Position numbers and translations under genes: made by a program. Shown here in pieces: positions 46,641 through 58,767 of a stretch of DNA of 64,000 nt (position 1 is its first letter; each line of letters begins with the position of its first letter). The stretch is from Takakia lepidozioides (Eukaryota; Plantae; Bryophyta). The stretch spans positions 80,910,001 through 80,974,000 of the forward strand of contig CM060732.1 of NCBI GenBank assembly GCA_030704615.1, written 5' to 3'. The notes under the pieces are model-generated. The model saw nothing but the letters and a program-made list of their open reading frames with translations, had not been told where the DNA came from and made no database searches.

Positions 46641-48847
46641 CTCAATGCCCAGAAAACATGAACACAAGTAGGGGTAGAACTCACCTCATGCGCAGCGGGT
46701 TTGTGCCGTTTGCGCACCTTTTGGAGAGACTCTGCAGATGGAGGTGCAGTTTCCGCCGAACTGTCCTCCACGTCATCGTCGTCGCCCATGCTATACTCGC
46801 TTGTGTCAGAATCTGAACTCAAAGACCGCCCACCGTGCCGCCTTCCCTCTCGCACCGAGGCCATCTTTTGCGGATTCAGTCGAGCCAGGCGGGGGCTCCT
46901 TCGTACCGCGGGGCTGGAATGTGCAGAAGTGGGAGGAGGTGATGTTGCCTTGGCGGTCGAGTGTTTCTTACTAGGCGTGGACATAGACCTTGACAAAGAT
47001 GAAGACAAGTGAGGACATAGACCATGACCAAGACAAAGACGAGCGAGGAAGACCAAGACATGCAAAGGAGGAAAGAAGGACAAGGAGGGGAGTGTGATCA
47101 CACACCCCCCCGATCTGTAGTGAAGATCCGGCCGTTGTTGATTTCAAATAGGAACACGTGTCGTGCATCCGACACTATGGCCTTTTCGACTTTGAGACGT
47201 TTCAAAATAACCACTTACAATCCTCCAGACAACTAGATGTAGTGATTCACACAACTGACATGGATCCGTTAACTTTATTTCGTTCAAAATTAGGCGAAGG
47301 AAACACACTGCAATGATGCCGTGTATGGCTCCGCTTTACATGCATTCTTGGAGAAAATGCGCATGATGTGTGAGAAGTGAACACAGTGCTCTGCCAAATG
47401 ATTCAGCAAAAACAAACTCAACTGTAGTGGTTCTCCCATCGCAGAGAAGGGTCCATTCGACACCCATCGCACCATGCCAGGTTGAGGTCCTCACACACAC
47501 ACCTGCACACCAAGAATTTGCGAACCCACATCAGCTGGGAGAACATGGAAATTACCCCGTGGATCACATGCAAGCATGAATGAGAAATGGAAGGAGAATT
47601 GCATGGGAGATTTTGGTGTACCTGCGCGACATGCAACTCTGTCTACATACTCCATAAGTCACTGTCCCAAGACCCAAGTGGACAGGGGAGACCGGTGAGT
47701 CTGTACCACAAATGGTAATCATACAGCAGAGGGTACTGCTGCCCAACGTGCAAAAACCGCCGGCTGCAGGATGCTAGGCATGCGAACTCCAGCACAGCAC
47801 GCCTCCTCTGCACCCCACTCCGTCCCAACCAGTGCAAAACAACCGTGCATGCATTGACTGCCGTCTGGGTTTCTCTCTAGGCATTTGGGGTCTGCGATCT
47901 GCTACACGTAAGTGTCTTTGAAGGCGACGATCAAAGGATCCGGTCACTTGCAGTTGCCGTCTCAAGGGCAGCATTGCAAGAATCACAATTAAGTAAGAAA
48001 GATGGTGGAAGAAGCTGTAAACTGCCAATGAGTGAAGTGGCAGGGCGATGCTCCATTCTTAACATGCTCCCCTTCCCGCCATGGTGATAGAGCCACACAA
48101 ATGGACTCCCTTCCCACCACGGTGCAATTTCAAGGCAACGGAACGGGATTGACCGCCGAAACTTGATTTGGAGATCGTGGCCGAATCCGTGATGGAATTC
48201 AACCTTCCAATACATGATTCCTCAATCCGTCTCGCTCTTCTGCTGAGGGTGGCATTGGGCAAACTACCCCTTGCTACAAACTTTTGATCGTAATGTGCTT
48301 TTGAGAGACGAATCGATGCAATTGGATATTGTGCAGACGATGACCGCCGATGAGTGGAGTTCACTCATTATGGCCTAAGACAAGTGGCGCAAGTTCTGGC
48401 CTTGTAGTCGGGTTGTTCACACTTCAATGCACACATTTCATACACATTCAACCATATGCCCAAGATCACAACGTCCTGAATCGTGAAAATTGAAATTCCA
48501 CGTACGTCCTCCGATTCCTCACACACACACGAACTGTAGAGACAGGTGGTTTTCCAGGATGTCGTTGTTTTAGTCGATTTTGGTCATTTCTCTCAGTGTC
48601 TTGTTGAAAAGATTCTAGTTATGATGGGAAGCATCTTGATGGCTTTTAAATGGTTTGTTGTTAAGTGTAACTTTCCATCATGTTATGGAATCTACCAGTT
48701 GGTATAAAATGTCAACTGTCTTCTCTGCCAAAGAATGTGCGGCTGAAAATGGGAGTGGCAGAGCCAAATTGAGGAGTCTTTGCAAAGGAGAATCCGGCCC
48801 CCTGCAACGACGTGCACAAACTACATTGAAGAGGCTCCCCAACAAAA

Positions 48848-51800
48848 ATGAGTTCCCCTCGCCCATGCGGAGGACTTCCAATTAATCACCCCTGTAGACA
48901 GAACACCCGAGATGACAGGTTGTGGGAAAGAGAAGTGGCACGTGCCCGAGCTCTTGGGCTTTCAAGGATGCCATGCCAATGTGAACGTTGTTTGGGCACT
49001 ACAAGTAGATCTGAGGACAGTGTGCGCACACATCTCCTTCACCACAAAAGACATGAAGCATTTCGGGTGTGGATTGGAGATGGACCTGCAGACGAAGACG
49101 ATGAGGAGTGGGCACAATTGGACAATGCACGCCCCCGGGGGAGCCATACAGACAGGCCAGACAAGGACTATGTCATGGGCGCAGGACATGAACCAGGCAT
49201 GGACGAAGGGGTGGAGATTACTCGAATGTTGCAGGAAGCATTCCACATCATGGACGATGCTGAAGAGGGGGACGGCGCTGCGACAACTGGGGATGGTGAT
49301 GACGCAGGAAATGAAGACATTCACGTGGGGGAAGGCGTGGAAGGAGGTGGAGATGGAGATGAGAATTCAGCACACATGATAGTAGAAGAAGCATGTGTGC
49401 CATTGTACAAAGGATGCAAATCCACAAAGCTTGCTGCCACCATGCTGTTGATGAACCTGTGCACAACCCACGGTGTCTCAGACCATTTTGTGTACGAGTT
49501 GTTCTCTTTGCTTCGGCTGAACTTGCTTCCACAACCAAATGAAATGCCAAAAAGCTGTCACATGGCCAACAAAATGATTGGGAAGCTCGGCCTCAACTAC
49601 GTGAAAATACATGCATGTCCAAAAGGACATGTACTTTTCAGAAGAGAGTACAAGGACGCTATGGAGTGCCCAAAATGCGGTGCAGCTCGATACCATGATG
49701 TGGGCAGGTTACAATAGCCAGCCAAGGTGTTGAGGCACTTTCCCCTTATCCCCCGTCTATTACAAATGTACAAATGTAAGACCATTAGTGAGCTCATGAC
49801 TTGGCATTCCAGGAATGCCTCAAACGATGGTTTGGTAAGGCATGTCCCAGATTCCCTTGCATGGAAGCATATAGATGCAACTTGGCCCGATTTTGCCGAG
49901 GACCCACGCAATGTGCGATTGGCTGTATCTACAGATGGAGTAAACCCATACGGATCAAAGAGCTGCACATGGTCCACATGGCAGTTGGTGGCATACAACC
50001 TGCCACCATGGTTGACAACAAAGAAATTCTTTGTCATGTTGTCTCTCTTGATTCCAGGCAAGGAGTCCGTGACAAATGCAAACATAGATGTGTATTTGCA
50101 ACCATTGATTGAAGAGCTACAGGAACTATGGATTGGAGTTGAAGCTTACGACATTTTGAAACCAGTAGGGCAACGGAGTTTCACCCTCCGTGCCATACTC
50201 ATGTGGTCGATCCACGATTTCCCCGCATATGGCCTTGTTGCGGGTTGCAAGACGAAGGGCTACAAAGGGTGCCCCATTTGTGGGCCCTATGTGGATTCAC
50301 GGCACTCAAAGCCATTGGGGAAGACAATATACATGGGGCATCGATGTTACCTTGCAAGAAACCACCCCTACCAACGAGCAGGAAGGCACTTCAATGGATG
50401 TGTTGAAAAGAGAATGGCACCAAATGCTGTGACACCGCAGGAGACATTGCAATTTGCAAAGGAGAAAGAGGCGTTCATGGAGATTGGAGGGAGAGAAGGA
50501 AGTAGTGCGGATCCAGCCATGGAGCACGGGGTGAAGCGCCGGACAATCCTTTGGGATTTGCCATACTGGAAGGTGCATGAATCCCCCCCCCCCCACCCCC
50601 CATTCACTCACTTTCTTTCACATTGTGCTTCCTGGAATTACCTTTACTGTCAAGAGTCCTTCCACCAACTCCTAAGTCAGTGTAACTATTATGCAGTAGA
50701 TGTTGAAGTCGTACACCTCACTGTGGAGAGGATCGTGTAGTTGTTGAAAGCAGAATGTAGTAACATGGACAACTTCTGCCACATATTCTACTATTTTTGC
50801 CCATAGAACTTGGTCTCATGGGAGGACATCTGGCATTTCAGAACCTCTTGCAGTGGTACCTCCTGGACCCCATGCATTGTGAGAAGAACTTCTGCGAGAA
50901 CATTCTGAAGACGATCTTTGGGGAGAAAGATACGATATACGTACGAAATGACATGGAGATTGAAGGGATACGGTCACATCTGTGGCTAAGGCCTGATCCA
51001 AATAGACCTTGCAAAGTGCTCATGCCAGCAGCATCATACGTCCTGACCAAATCAGAGCAAGAGCATTTGTTGAAGACATTGGGAGCCATGAAAGTGCCAA
51101 CCGGATTCTCGGGTGCTCTCCAAAAGCATGCCATAAACAAGAAATGGTCGGGGATGAAGTCACATGATCTACACGTGATGATGCAGCATATTTTGCCAGT
51201 GTGCATTCGGGGTACAATGGCGCCGGGTCCTCGAACAGCCATAATGCGTGTAAGTCAAGTGTTTAGGAACATTTGTGCGAAGGTGTGGGATCCAAGGGAC
51301 ATTACATCGTTGCATGAGGATGTGGTTGTGACCCTATGTTTGCTGGAGAAAGAATTCCCTCCATCATTCTTTGACGTCATGACGCACTTGCTAGCGCATC
51401 TTGTAGAGGAGCTGCATGTGTGTGGGCCCATAGCCAGCCGTTGGATGTACCCCATGGAGAGGTATATGAAGGATCTGAAGGGGTATGTACACAACATGGC
51501 ACGGCCAGAGAGGAGTATGGCGGAGGGCTACATCCGCGATGAAGCCCTGGGCTTCATGACAGAGTATATGTCTTCATTTGATGCAACACAACGACGGGTG
51601 TGGGACGAGAACAAGGAAGAAGGAGTTGTAGGCGAGGTCCTAGAAGGTGGTGGAACAAAGCGTGCCATGAGCCCGCGCCTTCGGGATGTGGCACATGATT
51701 ATGTGCTGAACAACACAACAACCATGACACCATGGAGACAGTGGGTGTAAACTTACATCCCTCCTGTGCTATTCTTAATGGTCTTTGTATGCTGGAATTA

Positions 51801-52922
51801 CATATATATTGTCACAAGTCATTCCGGCCACTATGGGAGTGGGATCGTGTACTAACAGGGTGCTTCAGACGACTACAAAGGGTGTTTCGTAGTTGGTGTT
51901 GTTGCTTGCAAGTGATTATGAAGTAGGCTGCATCACTACAGTGTGCTTGAAAGGACACAATCTGCATGTGGCATGCATGTACAGTACGGTGTTGGTCAGG
52001 GGGACTGAGTTGCAGCTTCTATTTGGTTTCTGCCAGAAAGTACGCAGCGGAGAAGGTCCGCCTGAAAACGGAACGGAGTGCATTTGCAAAAGCATGGCGG
52101 AGGGGCGGTCGTAGGCGCAGATCCCCGGTGGAGTACCCCACAACAATGGAGGAGTTGCAGCCTTTTACAATGTGGGTCAGATTTGCAATTGCAGTGTACG
52201 CATCAGAGAACGAGGACCCAGATGAGGGCATGGTGAGTCTGTCATTCCCCCCAGGGCTGATTGCCACTTCGTACCGGTCAATGAAAGCATATGGCAATCA
52301 TTATAGAGTGGACAATGCCAACACCAGCCTCCTGGTGACTTATGACAGCGGAGTGGCATCATTTTTTGAACAAGAGAGTAGGAGCTGTGCACGAGATCGG
52401 AATCCAATTTCATGCCCTGTGCAATATGTAGGAGTCATCAAAGAGATCCTTAAACTAGACTATGGTCTTGTGAAGCCGATTCTATTCCGTTGTTCTTGGG
52501 TAAAAGCCAATATGGTAGGAGAGAATGCCACCATGAAACGGGATGAGTACGGGTTCCTCCTCGCTGATTTCAGAAAAATGCTACCACAAGATGAAGAGCC
52601 ATTCATCTTCCCATCGCAAGTTGAGCAAGTTTTCTTTTCAGATGACACCCATGCGCCGGGATGGAAGGTGGTTCTTCACAAGGACCCCCGGGCCAAACGA
52701 GTCGTGGCTGACGTCCATGATCTGGACCTAGGGGAGAATGCCGACCACGAGGATCTGAGGGAACCACAAAATCTACCAGATACGGCCGAACCAATCTCTT
52801 TGGAAGGAGCAGTTACCTTTAATGAGGAAGACATTCGAGGGTTGGTAATTACCGCAAGGCAAATTGCAGATGTGGGCAGTGAAGGGGAAGATTCTTTGGA
52901 TACGGATAGTGAGCCCAGCTGA
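48848..52922 (+). pseudogene. CACTA/En-Spm transposase (TnpD-like), near full length, with one in-frame stop at 49715
   Basis: MPCQC..C..HL (transposase-associated domain), IHACP..C..C, LRHFPLIPRL, DPRNVRLAVSTDGVNPY, YNLPPW, DVYLQPLIEEL, IHDFPAYG, LDPMHCEKN, MKSHD.HV, FPPSFFDVMTHL, RWMYPMERY, FRCSWV, EPFIFPSQVEQVFF. Introns near 50573-50841 and 51741-52036. Confidence 0.95.
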
Positions 52923-55900
52923 ATCTCAGTGTCCATTAAGCCGGCAACTCGTAGACGAGAGCTGTGCTAAGGACTCTTACTGTCCTTAGAACCCATTTTG
53001 TATAATCCTGCAAGCGCGCAAGGGCGAGACAGTTAATAATATCGATAATGTCCCGGAATGTGGTCCGTACTGTCTTGTGAACAAACCTATATTTACAGTG
53101 TGATTGTAGTTCAGAACCAAAGGGCATATCCTTCAGTCTTGACGTCTTTGCGATCTTCTTCTGTGACGCCTTCTTCATAACTTGACAAATGGAAAAGCAG
53201 CTACACCTCAAATTATTGCAAGGCCACTCAATGGCACTAAGAACGTTTCGAGCATGCTATCAGAAAACTAGACAGGCAAAAACCCAATTCAGCAGCCTCA
53301 CCTTGCGTGGATACTTGGGAATTGATACCAGAAGGGCATGCCCGTATGCGCGCTCCATCGTGCCTCCATCCAGCACATTCTGTAAATGTTGAATGACCAA
53401 GACCCCGATGTTACACCCTTTTGAGAAGCCACTACGCGTGCTCACAGTATAAGAAGGCCTTGCCGTGTCAGGATTCGCATTCCCACATCCCGCCATGTCC
53501 GACAAAGCACTTGCATCCCTGTCTCTGCCAGGTGGAGGCAGCACGTATTAAAATATCTATTCCCCCAAGGCCACATTTGGTTTACCTCCTTTTGTGAAAG
53601 CCACGTCAGCAAATGTGCTGCCGAATCATGGGTGCAATGAATGCGCAGTGGTTCATGGAGTCGTTGAGTCGACTACATATTCACTTTAATGAATAAATAT
53701 CTTTATTCCATTAATCGAATTAGGAAACAAAATTTGTAGTCGCATGTGCAGTAATTACAACCACTTGTAAATTTGGTTTTTTTCAAATTTTATGTATTTA
53801 CGCAATTCGTAAAATAGCCCGGAATTCTGCTACAACTCCGGAGTTGTTGACCCCACTTCTGTCCGCCGTCTGAAATGCCCCCGTGGGCCCACATTGTCTG
53901 TTTCGACTCTCCAGTAGTCCCGTTTACTACCAAGTGGTTCCCAGAGCGGTCGCGAACATGCAGTCGATTCAGAAAAGACACGAATGCTTCTAGTGCTGAC
54001 ACGCCAATCTTTCGGAGACTATAGATACAGTGACATGGAGAGGTCTTTGATTCAGATGAGGACTCAAGATCTCTTGGAGGCTGGTTTGGTGGAGCTCTTT
54101 GGTGGAGAGTATGCTTCAGCCACAGTGATGTTAGCCAAGAAGGATGTCTATGGCAATTGGACGGAGAGGTGCGGTGATTACTGGCCTGTAAATCATCAGA
54201 CCAAGTCTGATAAGTATGCCATGCCACATCAAGGAGGCGGACAAGCAGAAGACGACATTCTGGGGGATCAATGAGCACGGCAAGGATTGCCTATATCACT
54301 GGCGGTTCTTACCATTTGGGCTTAAGAACGCTCCTGCAGAGTTTCAGAGAGTCATGGATAGGATTCTAGCAGGGGTGGACTTTGCTCGGTGCTACATAGA
54401 TGATATCATCATCTTTAGTGCTACGGTGGAGGAGCATGAGAGATACCTTCAGGTGGTATTGGAGCGTTTGAGAGCGCACGGATTGAAGTTGCATCTGGGG
54501 AAGTGCAAGTTTTTCCACAACCAGATTGAGTATCTAGGTCACATGATATATCCTGGAGGATTGGGGGTACAGCAAACAAAGATAGAGGCCATTGCACAAA
54601 CTCCACGCCCCACAAATGTGAGCCGAGTTTGAGCTTTCATGGGGTTAGTAAACTATTATAGACGGTTTGTCAAGGGATTTAGAGCTATCGCAAAGGTTCT
54701 AATCAAGCTGACCAAGGTGGACCAGGAGTGGCAGTGGGAAGATGAGCAGGAATGAGCTTTTCAAGAGCTCAAGGCGAGGTTGACCTTGGCGCTTATCCTG
54801 AGACGACCTATCAGGTGGCGTCATTTTCAGCTGCATACGGATTGGAGCATGCTGGGGCTTGGAGCGGTGCTCACACAGGTGGATGATGAGGGAAGAGAGT
54901 TCGTAGTGGCTTATGCTAGCCGCTCGAACAACGCTGCAAAGGCTAAGTATAGCTCATATGAGGGAGAGTGCTTAGCTGCAGTGTGGGCCGTGGCACACTT
55001 CAGGTGCTATCTATACGACAATCTCTTCACCCTTGTCACGGATCACCAGCCACTCAAGTGGTTGATGGAGTCAGACAAGCTTATGGGGAAGCTTGCACGG
55101 TGGGCACTCATACTTTAGGAGTATGACTTTCAGGTTGTGCATCGACCAGGTTTGGTCAATCGGGATGCGGATGGATTGAGTCGCAATCCATGCACGAGCC
55201 AGCAGGATGACATTGGAGCTCAGTGGCATGGTGAGACGGACGAGGAGATGGTGTTGGGATGGCATGTATCTGCCTTTTTGTGTATCTTGGCATCGGGAGG
55301 TCAGGTTGGACCTACAACAGGGATGACTGTAGACGGAGTGTCTGAGGACCCTGAGGCTAGTGATGAGCCAGGTGGTACCAGAGATATGCATGAGGATTCG
55401 GCTGTGTTGGACTACCTCCGTATTGGAGACACGACAGCCAATCTGACTGCCAAGGAGAGGGATCAGATCCTGCAACAAGCCAAGAGGTTCAAGTGGGAGG
55501 GGATACACCTGCTCCGAGTATGGAAGGATGGTCGGGTGAGGATTGTGCTTCACCCCACACATCGTGCACGGTTAGTGCGACATGCCCATGAGGAATTGGA
55601 GCATTTTGGAGTACGACGCACTCACAGTTTATTGCATGGGCAGTATTGGTGGCGTGGTATGCATACAGAGGTGCAACAATTCATGGCTAGGTGCATGGTG
55701 TGTGACAGGGTACGTGCTTCATTCAACGCCCCTACACCACAGTTGCATTCTTTACCAATCATGGGATTGGGTTACTGGTAGAGTCTTGAATTCGCAGGAC
55801 CGTTGCCACTGACTATGCGCCACCACAGATATGTGTTGGTGATGGTGGAACACTTCTCCAAGTGGATTGAGTTGGTTCCATTGCCTGACAAGGCTAGTGA

Positions 55901-56694
55901 GGGGGCTGCGTATGCATTCTTGGATCATGTGCTTAGTCGATTCGGTGCTCTAGCTGAGGTACTCACGGACCAAGGGAGAAAGTTCTTGGGGGAGTTTCCG
56001 GCTTTGTGTGATAAAGCTTTGATAGACCACCGATAGACCACCGCACCACTTCTCGGGATCATCCTGAGGCCGATGGCTTGGCAGAGAGAGTTGTTCAGAC
56101 GGTGAAGAGGGGTTTGCGCAAGTATGGCTTGCAGAAGGGACACCTAGGAGATTGGGATCTTCAGGTGCATTGGTTAGCCATGGGCTACAGGTTCAGCAAA
56201 CAAGCATCACTTGCCTCATTCTCACCATATTTCCTTCTCTTTGGCCGAGAGCGGGATTTGCCTACAGCCATTCGTAGGGATACTGCTCAAGTCCTTAACC
56301 TTGACGATCCGGACGTGTGGGTACGTGCATGTGATCAGCGTGCAAAGTTGTTCAAGAAAGTCATGCCCATGGCTTTTGAGAATCTTACCATTGCATATCA
56401 CCGTGATACGTTGAGGTATGCCACTATACATGGTGAGGATATCGTCCTGGGGTTCGGAGGTTTAGCCCTGGTGACTAAGTTTATTTGCAGCAAACTGCTC
56501 CTACGACCCTGGATGTGATTGCAGGGCGTGTTATTCTGAGGGTTCAAGAGGTGTTGCCCTTAGGAGTCCTGATTTTGGAGGGTCGGGATAACATGACTTG
56601 GAAGGATCATGTGCGTAATTGTGCGCCATGTCACCTTCCCAATGTCGATGGCAGAGTTGACCCAAACTTGGCAGTAGTACCTGCAGGTTTGAGG

Positions 56695-56838
56695 TGCATG
56701 CTCTGTGGGTCCACCAAAGGGGCAGCCACTATGCTGGTGTGTGATTGATGCTCAAGAGGTTGGCATATGGGATGCTTGACACCTCCTCTTGAGAGGGTTC
56801 CTGATGGAGATTGGTTATGTCCACATTGCTTGGGATAG
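56695..56838 (+). other. PHD finger at the C-terminus of the gypsy pol
   Basis: CMLCGSTKGAATMLVCD*CSRGWHMGCLTPPLERVPDGDWLCPHCLG*: complete C4HC3 ligand set, in frame with the post-integrase ORF 56485-56748; one internal TGA. Confidence 0.92.
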
Positions 56839-57097
56839 TGGCAGTGGATATGACTAGTGGCAGCTAACAAGACATGGGAGGCCAAGCTCATAGGAATCAA
56901 TACACGAGATCCCAGGCTCAAGTTCACAGGTTGCAAGATGACGACTAACGATGGGGCAACTCTTGCACCCGGCCTCTTGATCTATCGAGTTTGAGTGTAG
57001 TAGAGACAGTGGCGAAGGACTTAGTGAGGCTACGGTCATTATCACATCTTGTGGCTACCTGGACTTAGAGGGACCTAAGCACCAGCTAGGGGGCGAT

Positions 57098-57541
57098 TGT
57101 GATGGACTAGTGACTGCCATAGTGGGCAGCCTAGCGACTGACTAGTGGCAGCCTAGTGGTTGGATTAGTGGTGGACTAGTGGTATACTAGTGTGTGGTGT
57201 GCACATGTGTTGTGTGGTTTTGGACAGCGATGTAATTGTGTAGCGATATGTATGCGCACGACAGTTGTCAAGTTATTTCACCACTAGTGTGAAACTAGCT
57301 AGGAAATAGTTAGCTTTTACATATTGACATTTGGAATTGGCCCAAATGTCAATCCAGGGGTCAAGGCAGATTTAGGCCCTGAAGTGGTTATCTTCACAGC
57401 AAGCGCGGGAGCTGGCTCATCTTTCTCGAGTTGAGCCTCACCGCGCCTAGCTATGGCGCCGTAGTGTGGGCGTGGGGTGCATTTGGCTTGACTTGTATTT
57501 GAGTGATGAGTTTATATATGCATGAGTTTATGCTCATTACA
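57098..57541 (+). repeat. Probable 3' LTR (444 bp) of the PHD-bearing gypsy
   Basis: Follows the purine tract AGGGGGCGA; starts TGTGATG and ends CATTACA (imperfect inverted termini). No 5' LTR is available to confirm. Confidence 0.7.
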
Positions 57542-58713
57542 GCAAATGGGGGGGGGGGGGTTTGCGACGCCAGCCGCGCCCCAACGCCCCGCGCGGCGCT
57601 GAGCCTGCGACGCCGAGCCCGCAGCGCTTTTTTGCGACGCCACAACGTCGTAATCCCCCGCTAAAAGCTTGAAAGTGGGATTTCTTGGAACAATGATTGG
57701 AGCCTCGACGGGAGATACATTGATATATTAGTACACATCTTATTTTATAATAATAGCGAATTGAATGCAAACGTGCGAGCTGATAGCACGGCCGCGCGCC
57801 CATACGATGAGCGCCCGTCCACCTGCCCCTCCCCTCCCCTCCCCTCCCCGCCCGCCCGCCCGCCCGCCCGCCCGCAGCTGTGCGCGGTCTCCTACTCCCA
57901 CGCCCACCTGTGCCGCGGCGGCTGCACTAGCCGCGCCCAGCCGCGGTTGGACCGCCCGAGGTCCGTCGCACGGCCGGTCCGTTGCGGCAAGTATGTCGGG
58001 GAGGTCTGCGGTGCTGCGGTCTGCTCTGCCGTGCTCCAGCGGACTGCCATCCAGTCCGCTGCCGGCGCCAGATCGGGGCTGTCCGTTTGAGAGCCCATCC
58101 TGGCCCTCCAATCTAGGGCGCCATGCCACCGCTAATCTCTGCCGCCTTTCATCTGCCAGTAATTAATCTTTGCTAAGCTGGGGCTGGGGCTGGGCACTAA
58201 GGCTGTAGAGGTTGCAACTCCCCGACGTCAAAAGAGAGACCCCGTTAGAAGGAACTTGAAGGAAATCTTTATATGTATATATATATTTAGATTGCTTTTG
58301 TGATACATAGATATAGCGTAGGTGTGTTGGTTAGTTTGTAGTGTCTTAGAAATGTTATAACGTGGAGGTCTTAGGTTCAAGTATGCATTGCATGATATAT
58401 GTAGAACAATGAACATATGACATCACCAATATTTTATGGAATTCAATAACGATGGGGCATGGTTGGTTTCATAAATGATGGTCTTGCTACGGGTTTGCTA
58501 CCTATGCGAACAACCTATGAAATCTATCTCAAATCAATCCATTATTAGACCGTTATGCAGGGAAGCAAAGATGGTTAACTCCTTTCTCAAAATCAATTGA
58601 TGTTGTTGTCTCCAACGCACTTGATGTTGACTTGACACCACTTCAATATCAGAATGCATATGCATCCCAAGTCGTTTGGAAAAAACAAAAAAACAAAAAA
58701 AAAACCAAAGGGA

Positions 58714-58767
58714 ATAAAAATAAAAATAAAAATAAAAATAAACAACACACACACACACACACACACA
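58714..58767. repeat. Compound microsatellite (ATAAAA)n-(AC)n
   Basis: Read directly from the sequence. Confidence 0.9.

Larger units (their letters stand above)
42117..46984 (-). pseudogene. CACTA accessory (TnpA-like) multi-exon gene: Ptta/En-Spm-like domain, coiled coil, FCP1/NIF phosphatase-like domain, Tnp1/En-Spm-like C-terminal domain; frameshifted
   Basis: Exons 46984-46685; 45162-44366 (one frameshift; WDKLVAYWES...KQARACV.NPSRWGRAG); about 44197-44092 (RSPSLSEL); 43900 onward in phase 0; final part AEVVG...FHCKDIRSGWYKVKVHEIM...LPCP...TLAHVKGTVTLW. Confidence 0.7.
53984..57541 (+). mobile_element. Ty3/gypsy LTR retrotransposon, 5'-truncated: RT, RNase H, integrase, PHD finger, PPT and 3' LTR
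   Basis: LPFGLKNAPAEFQR, CYIDDII, LHTDWS, GECLAAVWAV, TDHQPLKWL, HEELEHFG..C..C, VEHFSKW, VLTDQG, GLAER.VQT, then a PHD finger; several nonsense and frameshift lesions. Confidence 0.93.

Noticed and set aside
47300-48600. Short ORFs between the TnpA-like and TnpD-like genes
   Set aside because: No motif or consistent exon chain could be built.
52936-53544. Two minus-strand ORFs convergent with TnpD as a spliced gene
   Set aside because: No ATG start, splice phases do not give an open frame, and no recognisable domain.
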